Positions 35,395-48,309 of a stretch of DNA of 64,000 nt are shown here, one piece after another. How positions within the stretch are numbered: the stretch's first letter is position 1; the number at the start of each line of letters is the position of its first letter. The stretch comes from Flaccisagitta enflata (lineage: Eukaryota), in NCBI GenBank assembly GCA_965153355.1, contig OZ231126.1, positions 35,278,001 through 35,342,000 of the forward strand, read 5' to 3'. The position numbers and the translations under genes are program-made. Under the pieces are notes generated by a model, which did not search any database, had not been told where the DNA came from, and saw nothing but the letters and a program-made list of their open reading frames with translations.

Positions 35395-35483
35395 CTGATA
35401 TTAACGTTGGTGATCATTTTGGATGTACCCGCCTCGCATGGATCATAAGACCTGTTTGAAATGCTGATCGCATTTTCATTTGC
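35395..35483 (-). CDS. Candidate host exon (possibly ABCA linker)
   Basis: Strong acceptor CTTTCCCCTCTGCCCTCAG, open frame ANENAISISNRSYDPCEAGTSKMITNVNI, donor GTGAAT. Confidence 0.35.
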
Positions 35484-37916
35484 CTGAGGGCAGAGGGGAA
35501 AGTGTTTTTCGATCACTCCTGGAACTTCGGCGCAGCGAGGAAAGGATTACACTTTTTTTTAAAAGCACCTCGTTTATAAGCACGCCCAGCCTCAGATATT
35601 AGAAAAATTAAAGGACGTTCCAGGCTGAGATTTCTAACTCGAAAAAGCAGGCCGGATACACGCCAATCCAGTCGCAGGAGCAGTAATGCGAAAACCGCTC
35701 AGAAATCAAAAATGTGACGGACCGACGGACTGACCTACCAACCTACTGACCGACACGGCAAGGTGTAGAGTCGTGTGTCCGAGACTAAAAATGGTAAATT
35801 TCTAAATTTTTTTATCAATTTCTAGATATTCTTTTTTAGAATCTTGAAAATTATTAGTTTTTTTAATTGCATGCTACATGCTACATGCTACATGCTACGT
35901 GCTACATGACTCTACACCCCGCTTTGTCGATCTATCTGTCTGTCGGTCTGTTGGTCCATCACACTTTTCTATTTTTGGGTTTTTGCGGTCTTTGGCCTCA
36001 CTCCACCTGCCCAAATGATCAAGTGACTTCAAATACAGCCCCTGCCCATCGGCATGCGACTAGGGTAGCCATGTATCCGGCCTTGATTTAGTTAGAATTC
36101 AAAATTGTCGAAGATGTTTTTAATCTCATACTTCATTATTAACTGACCAAGCTCAACTTTCAGAATATTAAGGATTTTGATATCGATAGTATTCGAATTT
36201 CTAATAATTCTTGACATCATCGTATATTCCACATTCAGGCCAGCCCCTGAAAGGGTCATTTTTAAAAATCAGATTTGCACTTAAGCACATTTGAGCCTAA
36301 AAAATAAGATTTTGCCAAACACGCTCAGCCTCAGCTGAAAAAAGTGCGTGCTTATATAAAAAAAGTGTGTACACTCTCTCCCGACATTCAAAGAACAAAG
36401 GAAAACAAGGCCGGATACACGGCCATCAGTTGCGGACGGGTGGGCAGGGGCGGATATGCGCGTTTTACCACTTTTCGACTCGATGGTTACGGACGGACCG
36501 ACGGACCGACGGACCGACGGACCGACCGACGGACGGACAAAGCCTCTTATGGTTGCGTGTCCGCAACTAAAAAAACGATTTAAATGGCATTGCTATCAAA
36601 AAAGTTAGTACAATTGGGAAAAGCAACAAAATAGATTTTACCGCTGTTTCTCTGTTGACTGTTGGGCCCACTAAAATTACTACTGTTAAGAGCGGGCCTG
36701 ACTGGCCCTCTAGAGAAATGACGTCCGAGAAATGGCCTGCTCATCAAGTCATAACAATACTGAGAGGACTGATCGCTGGTGCATCAATCAAAACAGAATA
36801 ATTTTTACGTTTTTAGTTGCGGACACTCAACTCTATAGGAGGCTTTGTACGTTCGTTGGTCCTTTGGTCCTTCATGCTCGAGTTGAAAACGTGAAAAACG
36901 CGCTTATATGACGCTGCAGTTGTTATTGTGCGTGGGTAGGTGGGGAAGGGGGGGGGGTTGGGATGAGGCCGAGGTTGTATGCCCCTGCCCACCCATTTGC
37001 AACGATGTTACGTTCATAAGTGAATTGCTAATATGCAAGTTGAACAAATGTAATAATGAAACTGAAGAATATGAAAAAGTACAATTAGAGAAAATGAAAT
37101 AATGAAAGAAATTGTCCATCATTAGACATTACATCGACTTAAGTTAAAAGATAATAGTCGCAAAAGCATCAGATGGTCTGCAGTACCCGTGCCCCAGTAG
37201 TTTGTGATGAAAGTTAAGGGAGGGAGCAGGGCAGAAATGAACACATGCGGGTGGGCAGGGGCCATAATTGAGGTCACCTGATCATTAGGGGTGGAGCAAT
37301 GAGACCAATGACCGTAAAAGCCAAAGAATGAGGGACCGACAAAGCGTGGTGTAGAGTCGCGTAGCACGTGACTAGAAATGTTTACGTAAGGATGTACAGA
37401 ATGAGTTACATTGGGGATACAGAAAAAAATCGAGGAAACGTCTTTTGTGTTAAATTGAATAAACACCTCAGCTTGCAGCTTTTTTGAATTGACTAGGACT
37501 ACTACAGTCATATAGACAAAGAGTAAGTTTTTACTTTTTTTTGTTTTTTTTTTGTTTTTTTTTAATCCCATTTTTAATCTAGAATAGTAGTGTTGTGTGT
37601 ATGTATACTCTGTCTTCGTGACGAATAAAAGATCATTATAATGTAGAAAACAGTTCATTATAGTTCCATACTACTAGGCGGTATAGATATACCAGATTTT
37701 ATATTTTTAGTTGCGTGCACGTGACTCTACACCCCGCCATGTCCGTCCATCCATCCATCTGTCCATCCATCCATCCGTCTGACCTTCTGTCCGTCCCGCT
37801 ATGCGTACATGCGTCTGTCCGTCTGTATGTCGGTCCATCACGCTTTTACTTTTTTTTCAATTTATTTCTTCAAGTCATTCTAAGTCATTTAAGAGTATAC
37901 TAAGTCATTCTGAGTT

Positions 37917-40900
37917 CACACTGTCCCCGATAGCCCTATAAAGTTGGGCATCAATGTCCATGGATCAGACCATGTTTCTAATGTTTTATGAGGTATAAGG
38001 ACCTAGAAAAACATGGCGGCAAATTTTTTCTCACGCTGAAATTTTGTAAATATCATATTATAGGGGCTTATGATAAACTCATGATTGTAGGTTCAAAACA
38101 AATGTTTAGGGTCACACTCTTTCAAAGATATCTCTGCTTCTAGAAAAGCTAGGAAACTTTAAAAAACAAGGCTGGATACACGGCCATCAGTTGCGGACGG
38201 GTGGGCAGGGGCGGAAATGCGTGTTTTCCCACTTTTCGACTCGATGGTTACGGACGGACCGACGGACCGACGGACCGACGGACGGACAAAGCCTCTTATA
38301 GAGTTGCGTGTCCGCAACTAAAAAGCAAATTAATCTACATCGAAAAATCTACAAGATAAGCGCAATCTGGTTTTTGTAGCTTTAACCGTTTAGAAATGGC
38401 AAGCAAAAACGTGAAAACAGTCAATTTCAAAATGGTTGAAAAATGACATATTGTTACTACTGAAGCTTATTTTTTACTAGTTATCATAATTTTGGTCCAG
38501 TCACTCTATTGAACAGCCAAAAGCAATGAGTAGTTAGCAACACCCTTTGAGTGAGGGGATCAGGCTTGTGGCCTCAAAAGGGATGAGGTCTAGTAAGCCT
38601 AATGGGTAATCCAGCTTGGACTTACCTTTTATACAACTAACATCTGAGAAGGCTGATATGAGGCCCCCTAAAGGCTGATTTTAGACCAGCCAAGGCTGTT
38701 TCAAGGCCTGAGAGGACAAATCTAAGACCTGACTGGACTATTTGAGGCCTTAGGGGGAAGATTGGAGGCCTTAGAGGAATAATTCAAGGCCATAAAGAGC
38801 TGAGTTGAGACCTGATAGAGCTGATTTGAAGCTATAGTGGGCGGATTCATTGTTTTAGTTGGCTGATTTGGGGCTTGAAAGGGCTTAAGAGGCCTGATAC
38901 AATTGATTTAAGGCCTAATTTTGGGGCTGAGAGGGCAAATTTGAGTCCTGGGACACCTAACAGGGTGAGTTTGAGGTATGAGAGGGTGGATTCGAGATCT
39001 GAACCAGTGGCCCAAGGGCAATATGTGGTCAGCAATACTCGTTGCCCTGTTTTGCGTGTGCTTGATACGCAATGAGAGGAAGCAGGGATGCGGCCCCAAA
39101 GGAGACAAAGTTCTGTTCATCTATTTGTTTGTTTGTCCGTCTATCTGTCTGTCCCCCCAGGCCCTCTCAGGCCTGAAATCTGCACTCCCAGGCCTTGAAT
39201 CAGATAGGGCAGATTTCTGGCCTAAGAGAGCAGATTTCAGGCCTTAGAGGGCAGATTCAAGGCCTGAGAAGGCAGATTTCAAGCCTGAGAGGGCAGATTT
39301 CAAGCCTGATGGGGTCCCTGTGTTCTACTGGACTTTGTCCCCATTGAGGCTGTTGCCAAAAAAGGCTGATATGAGGTCTAAGAGGGCTGACTTGAAGATG
39401 GAAATGGCTGATTTAAGGCTTATTACGTCTAATTGGAGACCTGAGAAGGCTGATTTACAGCATGAAACGGCCAATTTTAGGCCTTGGGGAAGGGACAACC
39501 AGTTGCCCAAGAGCAATACCGTATTTTTTCTAATTAGCGCCCCGGGCGCTTTTGAAATTAAAAAAAAAATTTGTCATTTTACCCTCCAATTATCGCCCCC
39601 TTTTGATTTGTGAGCACTCTCTTTTCTTATGGCATTGCCAATGAGTGCTACTTAAAACGTCAAAAATGTAAGGTTAAATGTATAGATTTTATATTTTTTG
39701 CTTGCATTATATTCAAGCCCTGATAAAAACACTGAAATCTTCTCTCTTTTAAAGAATTTTTGCTTCCACATCTTTCCTTAAATATTGTTCTGAGGAGCAA
39801 AAAGAGGGGGGGGCGTTAATTGGAGGGGGGGCGATAAATGGAAAAAATACGGTATATGGTCAGCGATACCCCGTGCTCTGCTTTGCATAATTGTGAATTA
39901 GCCTCTCAGACCATAAATCAGCACTTACAAACACCAAATCAGGCATCTTAGACCCCAAATCAGGCTAGTCAGACACTAAATTAGACAACCCAGGGCTTTC
40001 CAACCCCAAGATAGGCCTCTCTCCCCAAATTAGGTCAGTCAGACCCCACATTAGGCCTCTCAGACCTCAAATCAGACCTCTTGGACCCCAAATTAGGTCA
40101 GCCAGACCCTATATTAGACCTCCCAGACCCCACATCAGGCCTCTGAGATCCCAAATCGATCCTCTCTCCTTAAATCAGGTCAGTCAGACTCAAAATAAGA
40201 CCTTCCAGATCCCAAATCAGGCTAAATTAGGCCTTTCTGACCTCAAATCTGCCCTTGCAAGCCTAGAGCTAAAACTGGTCCCTTCAATCTTATATCAAAG
40301 ACTCTCAGACTACATTTCTGCCCAATTAAGTTTCAAATATGCTCTCTCCAGACTCAAATATCCACTCTGTTTTCAAATCTATGCTCCAAGGCCTTTAATA
40401 AGCCCACTCAAGCTTTCAGTCTGTCCTCTACGGCCCCAAATTTGCTCTCTTGGGCTTCAAATCTGCTCTCTCAGGCTTAAAATTATATCTCCCAGGATTT
40501 GGGCCTTGAAACTGGGATTAGGGCCTCAAGACAAGGATTTGAGTTGGTGGAAAGGGGAGTCTGGACAGAGGGAGAAGGAGGAGAAGGAGAAAATTCCCCG
40601 TATATGTGAAAGCATATGTCATCAACCCTTTTGGGGCCACTGCCCAACAACTTGTCTTAGGCCTAAAATCAAAGAATTAGCCCTTAAATCTGCTCTTTCA
40701 AACCCTAAATCAACCCTATGTCTTAAATCTGCTCTCTCATGCACCAAATCAACCCTCTCAAACCTCCAATCTGCCTTCTCAGGCCCCTTACTTGCCCATT
40801 CAGGCTCCAAAAAATACTGTTAGGCCTAGAATCAAACCTCCAGAGCCCCAAAATCAGCCCTAATAAGCCACTCATGATTCAAAGTAGTAGATTAGTAGAC

Positions 40901-42242
40901 ACTTTCAGACCTCAATTGTGCCTTCTCAGATAACAAATCATCTGTCTTAAGCCTTTTGACCTCACAGCTGCCTCCTAAGACCTTGGCTCTTCCCTTTCAA
41001 AGCTAAAATTAGCCCTCTCATGCTTAAGATATGTTCTTTCAGGCTCCCAATCAGCCCTTTCAGGCCTCAAATTAAATTGCCAGACTTTAAATTTGGGGCC
41101 ACTGGTTCAGTATATTTTTTGGGCAGCAGCCCCAAAAGGGACAAATTCCTGTAAAACACAGGGGGACTTTTGTTTGTCCGTTTTTTTGACCGTTTGTCCC
41201 CCCTAAGCCTTCACAAGCCTGAAATTTGCACTCTCAGGCCTGAAATCTGCCCTTGCAGGCCTTCAATCTGCCTTCACAGGCCTGAAATCTGCCCTCTCAA
41301 ACCTGAAATCCATCCTCTCAGGCCCTAAACCTGCCCTCTCAAATTCAAGGCTTGAGAGGGCAAATTTCAGGCCTGTGAAGGCCTGGGGGGGACAGGCGGA
41401 TGGATAGATGGATGATCGAAAGTTCCCCTGTGTTCTACAGGACTTTGTTCCCTTTGGAGCCACTGCCCTGCTTGCTCTCACTCCAATTAATAATCATGCA
41501 TAGCAGAGTAAAGGAAATCATGCAAAACAATGACCATATATTCCCCTTGGGCGACCTGTTCTACAGGATTTTATCCCTTTTGGGCTGCTGCTTTGCTTCC
41601 CCTGACTCAATTCAAAAGTTGTGCAAAGCAGAAAATGGGATATGTTGCTGTTGGGCAACTGATTCAATCAAAATCAGCTTCCTCAGGCCTAGAATCAGCC
41701 TTCATACCAGGGGCCTTTTATCAGACTTCATCCCTTTGGGGCCACTACCCTGCTCCCCTCACTTAAAGGGTATTGCTAACTACTTATTGCTTTTGGCTGC
41801 TTAAGAGAGTGACTGGACCAAAATTATGATAACGAGTAAGAAATGAGCTTCAGTAGTAACAATGTATCATTTTTCAACAATTTTGATTTAGACTGTTTTC
41901 ACATTTTTGCTTGCCATTTCTAAACGGTTAAAGCTACAAAAACCAGATTACGCTCATCTTGTAGATTTTTGGATGTAGAATAATTTGCTTTTTTTAAAAA
42001 GTTTTTGTAGCTTTTCTAGAAGCAGAGATATCCTTGAAAGAGTGTCACCCTAAACATTTGTTTTAGACCTACAATCATGAGTTTATCATAAACCCCTAAA
42101 ATATGATATTTACAAAATTTCAGCGTGAGAAAAAATTTGCCGCCATGTTTTTCCAGGTCCTAATACCTCATAAAACATCAGAGACATGGTCTGATCCATG
42201 GACATTGATGCCCAACTTTATAGGGCTATCGGGGACAGTGTG
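37917..42242. mobile_element. About 4.3-kb fold-back element with CAC..GTG ends and 4-bp TSD AGTT (Chapaev-like)
   Basis: 37917 to about 38600 is inverted relative to about 41700-42242; AGTT|CACACTG...CAGTGTG|AGTT; it splits a HINE-like copy. Confidence 0.8.
39519..39852. mobile_element. Tc1/mariner (pogo-like) MITE with CCGTA ends and TA TSD
   Basis: TA|CCGTATTTTTTC...GAAAAAATACGG|TA; related inverted copy at 50398-50721. Confidence 0.8.
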
Positions 42243-44111
42243 AGTTATTATGTAAGTCTCGCATACGGCTTATAGGTGTTGACCTTGCTAAGAAGAAAAA
42301 GTAGCCAATTCTTTAGTTCACTAAACAAATATTGACCTAATTGTTATTCAGGCCTGTATATGATTGAGTTTCTCCCCCCCCCCTGGCGAGGGGGGGGAAT
42401 CAAAGGGTTTGGAGCTGGGGAAGGGAAAGGAAGGGGGAAAAAAGAGAAAAAAAGAAAATTTGGGGAAAATATAACTTTTGGCAGTACCAAATCATAAACC
42501 TTGATTAGCTAAACACAATTTAATTCAGGCCTGTACATTCTTGAGTTTTCCCCCCCCCCCTGGGGTCTGGAGATGGGGAAGGAAATCAAAGGGGGAAAAC
42601 AGAGAAAAAAAGGAAGTTTGGGGAAAATATAAGTTTTTACAGGACCAAATCATAAAAATCAATTAGTAAAACACAATTTAACACTATTTAAACCTTAACT
42701 ACATAGTTTTATTTCTTTATAGGGAAGAATCATGGATATAAAAATGCGACGCGACATGTCGCGGGGAAGAAAATCAAAGGCAGGGGGGGGGGGAAATCAA
42801 AAGCGACTCAAGAATATACACCCTTGTTGCTATTTTCTGCTACGATCCATGAAAGGTCAAGAACAATTGGCATGTCCGCTAATGCAGTAGCACTTTTAAG
42901 GTGTGTTGAATGAGTTAAAATTTGATTTCCTTTAAATATCTTTTCCTCGCAATAAAAATCTTCCTGTTCAATGCTTAGTAATTCTAGAAATCCGTTTTTT
43001 AGTCACATGCACGCGACGCTACAACCTGCTCTGTCCGTCTGTCCGTCCGTCCATCCGTCTGGTCGGCCGTCTGGCTGTCCATCCGTCGGTCCATTGGTCA
43101 AACTTTTCTTTTTCTATTAATTTAACTTATTCTTAGTCATTTTAGCTCATTTTTAGTCATTTCAAGTCATTCTTCTTTCTTTGTCGTTCTTGGTCATTCC
43201 AAAGCATTCTTAGCAATTTCATGTTAAATCAATTTAGTCAATTTAGTCAATTTAGTCATATAAGTCATCTAACATCGTTTTATGTCTTTTTAAGTCATCT
43301 TAAGTCATTTTAAGTCAATTTGAGTCAACCTAAGTTATCTATGTCCCGCGCGCTACTTAGAGGTGTTGGCCTTGTTTCTTTAAAATGAATCACGGCCTGA
43401 TGCTGTTTTTGTTCAAATGTTTATTTTTGGTTATTTTGGCAAAATAATTAAGCAACTCTGCTTTAGAAATTCAACTTAGGCCTTACGACATCCACCATCA
43501 TTTTGATTAAAAGACCCAATTTGTGGGGTGATTGCTGTGCATTGAATGTGACTACTTTCTTCAGGGGAATAAAAATTCAAATAAGAATAAAATCCTTTTA
43601 ATTGTTTGACATAAGTAAACAAGGCCAACACCTTACAGTCGCGTGCGGTTGTTAAGACCATAAGACTTAAAGACTAAAGGACTAAAAGACCAAAAGACCA
43701 AAAGACAAAAAGACTATATGTAAATTATGTCTGTCAGAGTGCCCAGAAAAGCCAAAATTGTACTCGCCTGGCAAAATTATTTTTCCTTTGCAAAAATGCT
43801 TTCAAATGAGCCATTGTGCAACTTTCAAACCATCTTTAGGGTGAGGTTGAAGTTTGCATTGCATCATCAATGGAATCTATCTTTCTATGATGCAAATTGT
43901 GTCATTTTCCTACAGATCTATGGAAACTAAAAAGTCATCCTAAGATGGTTCCTAATTGATTTGAAAATCGCGCAATGGCTCATTTAAGGCTATCGTTGCT
44001 TCAAAATGAAGTTACCCTGAAATTTTTTTTTCTTTTATAGAATGTCAAATACTAGTGTAAGAAACCCCTTCAAAAAATTTCAGAAAATTGAAAAAACCCA
44101 AATATAGGCAA

Positions 44112-44396
44112 TTTTTCAGACACTCGCTAGCCTGACTGGGGCAACGGAGGAATCTGAAATTTTTACTGAAGATAGACAAAACATGTGGCCAGGGTAGACC
44201 TGTAAAAAAAATTTAAATTTTATCAATTTACATACAATAAATCCAAGAAGAAATCTGTAAAATGTAACCATATAGAGGCTAGTAGCTTTTTTGGGAATTT
44301 GTTCCAGGTCTACCCTGGCCACATGTCTTCTCTATCTTCAGTAAAAATTTCAGCTTCCTATGTTGCCCCAGTCAGGTTAGCGAATGTCTAGAAAAT
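44112..44396. repeat. Palindromic hairpin segment (MITE-like)
   Basis: About 90-bp imperfect inverted arms (CCTGACTGGGGCAAC...GTTGCCCCAGTCAGG). Confidence 0.7.
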
Positions 44397-46659
44397 AACC
44401 ATCATTTTGTCATTCATTAAAGTGAAAAGCGAAAGAAACTACACGATAAAGAAACAATTCATGAACGATTTTTTTCATCAACTCTTTTTTAGCATCCCTA
44501 ACTATCAGTTTTAAAGCACAAATTCATGAAAGCAGTCAGCGTCTGTGGCTAGTGAGTAGATCGCCTAACATGAGCACTGTGATAATGCGCAAGGTGAGAA
44601 TAGAAATCAATTTTTTAAAACCTTGACATTGGAAGAGGAATTTGTGTTTAAGGAAGGACAGGCAGCCCCCTCTAGTCTGTTGTTCATATCCTGCACTGAT
44701 ACAGTAATGATTTTCATTTTTTCCCCTTTACTTAACCAAAGCATTCTTGATTTTGTTTTTGCTTTGTAAATTGGGTCAGGCCAGTGCTATACAGTCGAAA
44801 ATTGAAAGAGAGTCCCTCAGTACGCATATTAGTCCAATCATCATGAAAACAGAATTTTAATTTGTCGCCTATCTTGAGGAAATGTCAGCCTTAAAAGCAT
44901 TTTTGCAACAAACAGACGGACAGAGTGGGTCAAAGAGTTGCATGCACGCAACTAAAAATGCTACAGGATCAGTGGATCAGGGTCACCTAGTTGATGATGA
45001 GAAAAAGAATTGGCGGTTATCTCTTATGATTAGGAAATCTTCATACGACGGCGACTTTTCGAAGGAAAATTAAGTGTTTCACCATACTTTTTGCATCATT
45101 ATCAGCACAATAATGGTGTAGAAATGCTTTTAATAGACAAATTGTCTTTGAAGACACTTGGTGTATACATATTTATCATGTTCTGACCTCAAAAGAAATT
45201 TAAAATATGCAATTCACATCAAAAAAGACAAGAAAATCAAGGTTTTGATGAAATATTGCTTACATTTTTAGTCGCGTGAACCCGACTCTAGAAGCCGCTG
45301 TGTCGGTTGGTCCGTCCGTCCGCAACATAACTTTTTTGAAATATGGCTCTAATCTTCATTTTAAAGGTATTTAAGGGTACTTAGGGGTACTTAAGGGTAC
45401 TAAAATTAATTTCAGTCATTTAAGGTCACTTAAATCACCCCTTAAGTTATTTCAGTAATAATTAACATTTTTGAAATAGAGCTTAAATTTTCATTTTAAA
45501 GGAACTTTAGGGTGCTCTAGAGCACTTCAGGGTACTATAGGGTACTTCAGGGACTTTAGGTACTATTGGGTACTTTACGGTACTAAAAGGTACTTTAGGG
45601 TACTTTAGGGTACTTTAGCGTACTTTAGGTACTTAAGGGTACTTTAGGGTATATTAAGTACTTAAGGGTACTTTAGGTACTTAAGGGTACTTCAGGGTAC
45701 TTTAGGTAAAAAGATAGGTATTTTTTAGATAATTATTAGTAATTATGTAATTACCTTGATTACCTTAATTACCTTTATTACCTTTATTACCACGCGACTA
45801 AGGTTTGTTGACCTTGTTTTATCTTTTCTTGCTGTTTAGATTCTAAGACTTTCAAATGCAGGGAAATTTTGCATTTTCAAAAACATAGTTCTTTCAGTAA
45901 TTGTTTTTGGGAGAGAACTATGTTTTTTATTTTCTCATTTTTTAGTCGCGTGCACGCGACTCTATAACCTGCTCTGTCGGTCCGTCGGTCGGTCGGTTGG
46001 TCCGTCCGTCTGTAACACTTTGCTTTTTTTCGTCGTTTAATGTCATTTTAGGGTATTTTATGTCATTTTAAGTCATTTTAAGTTATTTCCAGTCATTTTC
46101 AGTTAATTTTAGTCACTTAAATCATTTTGTCATTTTTTGTCATTTTTGTCATTTTATGTTATTGTAAGTCATTTTAAGTCATTCTTAGTCATCCTAAGTT
46201 ATTTTAAGTCATTCTAAGTTATTTTTTGGCTTTTGAAGTTTTTGGTAACACTTTGCTTTTTTGCGTCGTTTTTGGTCAATTTTGGTCATCTGGAGTTATT
46301 TTGAGTTATTTTTTTGTTGTTTTTGGTCATTTTTGGTTGCTTTTGGTCATTTTTGGTTGCTTTTAGTCATTCTTGGTCATTTTTGATCATTTATGTCACT
46401 TTGTTCATTTGAGTCATTTGTGTCATTTATGGGCATTTCAAATAGTTTAAAGTATTTTTAAGTCATTTTGGAACATTTCAGGTCATTTTTGGTCATTTAA
46501 CATAGTTTTTTGGTTTTTGTTTTTTTTTTGTTTTTTTGTTTTTTGTTTTTTGGTTTTGGGTTATTGGGTTGTTTTTTTCTTTTTTTTGGTCATTTATGTT
46601 TTTTGATATGTTATGGTCATTTATGTTTTTTGGTATGTTTTTGTCATATTTGTCATTTC

Positions 46660-47720
46660 AAGTCTGCTGGTTTGAGTCTGCTGTTTTAAATCTGCTGTTT
46701 TAAGTCTGCTGTTTTAAGTCCGCTGATTTAAGTCCACTGATTTAAGTCCGCTGGTTTAAGTCCGCTGGTTTAAGTCCGCTGGTTTAAGTCCGCTGGTTTA
46801 AGTCCGCTGGTTTAAGTCAGCTTATTTAGGACTGCTGGTTAAGGTCTTCTGGTTAAGGTCTGCTGGTTTAGGTCTGCTGGTTTAAGTCTGCTGGTTTAAG
46901 TCTGCTAGTTTAAGTCTGCTGGTTTAAGTTTGCTGGTTTAAGTTGGCTGGTTAAAGTTGGCTGGTTAAAGTTGGCTGGTTAAAGTTGGCTGGTTTAAGTC
47001 GGCTGGTTTAAGTTGGCTGGTTTAAGTCGGCTGGTTTAAGTCGGCTGGTTTAAGTCGGCTGGTTTAAGTCGGCTGGTTTAAGTTGGCTGGTTTAAGTCGG
47101 CTGGTTTAAGTCGGCTGGTTTAAGTCGGCTGGTTTAAGTCGGCTGGTTTAAGTCGGCTGGTTTAAGTCGGCTGGTTTAAGTCTGCTGGTTTAAGTCTGCT
47201 GGTTTAAGTCTGCTGGTTTAAGTCTGCTGGTTTAAGTCTGCTGGTTTAAGTCTGCTGGTTTGGGTCTGGTTTAAGTCAGGTTTAAGTCTGGTTTAACTCA
47301 GTTTTAAGTCTGGTTTAAGTCTGGTTTAAGTCTGGTTTAAGTCTGGTTTAAGTCTGGTTTAAGTCTGGTTTAAGTCTGGTTTAAGTCTGGTTTAAGTCTG
47401 GTTTAAGTCTGGTTTAAGTCTGGTTTAAGTCTGGTTTGAGTCTGGTTTGAGTCTGGTTTGAGTCCGGCTTGAGTCTGGCTTGAGTCTGGCTTGAGTCTGG
47501 TTTAAGTCTGGTTAAAGTCTGGTTGAAGTCTGGTTAAGTCTGGTTCATGTCTGATTTATGTCCGGTTTAGGTCTGGTTTAGATCTGGTTTATGTCTGGTT
47601 TAGGTCTGGTTTAGGTCTGGTTTAGGTCTGGTTTAGGTCTGGTTTAATTCTGGTTTGAGTCTGGTTTGAGTCTGGTTTGAGTCTGGTTTGGGTCTGGTTT
47701 AAGTCTGGTTTAAGTCTGAT
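46660..47720. repeat. Compound minisatellite: 14-bp GGTTTAAGTCNGCT units changing to 11-bp GGTTTAAGTCT units
   Basis: Direct observation; lies inside a HINE-like copy (about 45943-47800). Confidence 0.9.
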
Positions 47721-48309
47721 TTTTGATAAAAAGATGAAATAAGGAGTCAGGTCAGTTCAGTCATTTTTGTCCTGCACGCGACTTATAGGTGTTGGCCTTG
47801 TTCATTTTCAATGCAATCTTAGAATTTAAACCGGCCCCTGTCAATAACCAAATATAAAATTTTCTGTAATTTGCAAAATATTTTCTTTATCAACTTTACC
47901 AATATTTGTTTCTATTTCATGATTTAATGCAAATTTTGCAATGAAATAATAACTGTGACATATTTTAATAATTATTTTGGTATCATCATTCAGTTTTATT
48001 TATTTTTAATTTTTGATTTTAGCACCCGTTGAAACGCAAATGTTGCCTTTGGAAGTACGCCGTCATACAGTGGTAATCCAATGTAACGGTCTTGACAGGA
48101 CTGGGAAATTTTGATTGTTAAATGATTTAACTTAAATCTGAATGTTGTTAAATCGAATTATCAAGTTTTCTCATTTTTTTGAATATGCAAACATATGTGC
48201 TCAATGAATTGCAGTTGTTGAGCATGTGTGCATCTGACAGAGTAAAAGATTAACAGATAGAGCCTTTGATAAGCCAACTTTAAGAAAAGATTATCATCAG
48301 AACGAAACA

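Noticed and set aside
43488-45075. Two small exon-like segments on the minus strand (about 43492-43563 and 44984-45052)
   Set aside because: Splice-like ends but no recognisable ABCA motif and inconsistent phases.
46660-47720. Telomeric repeat array
   Set aside because: Units are 11 and 14 bp inside an interspersed repeat, not TTAGG or TTAGGG.
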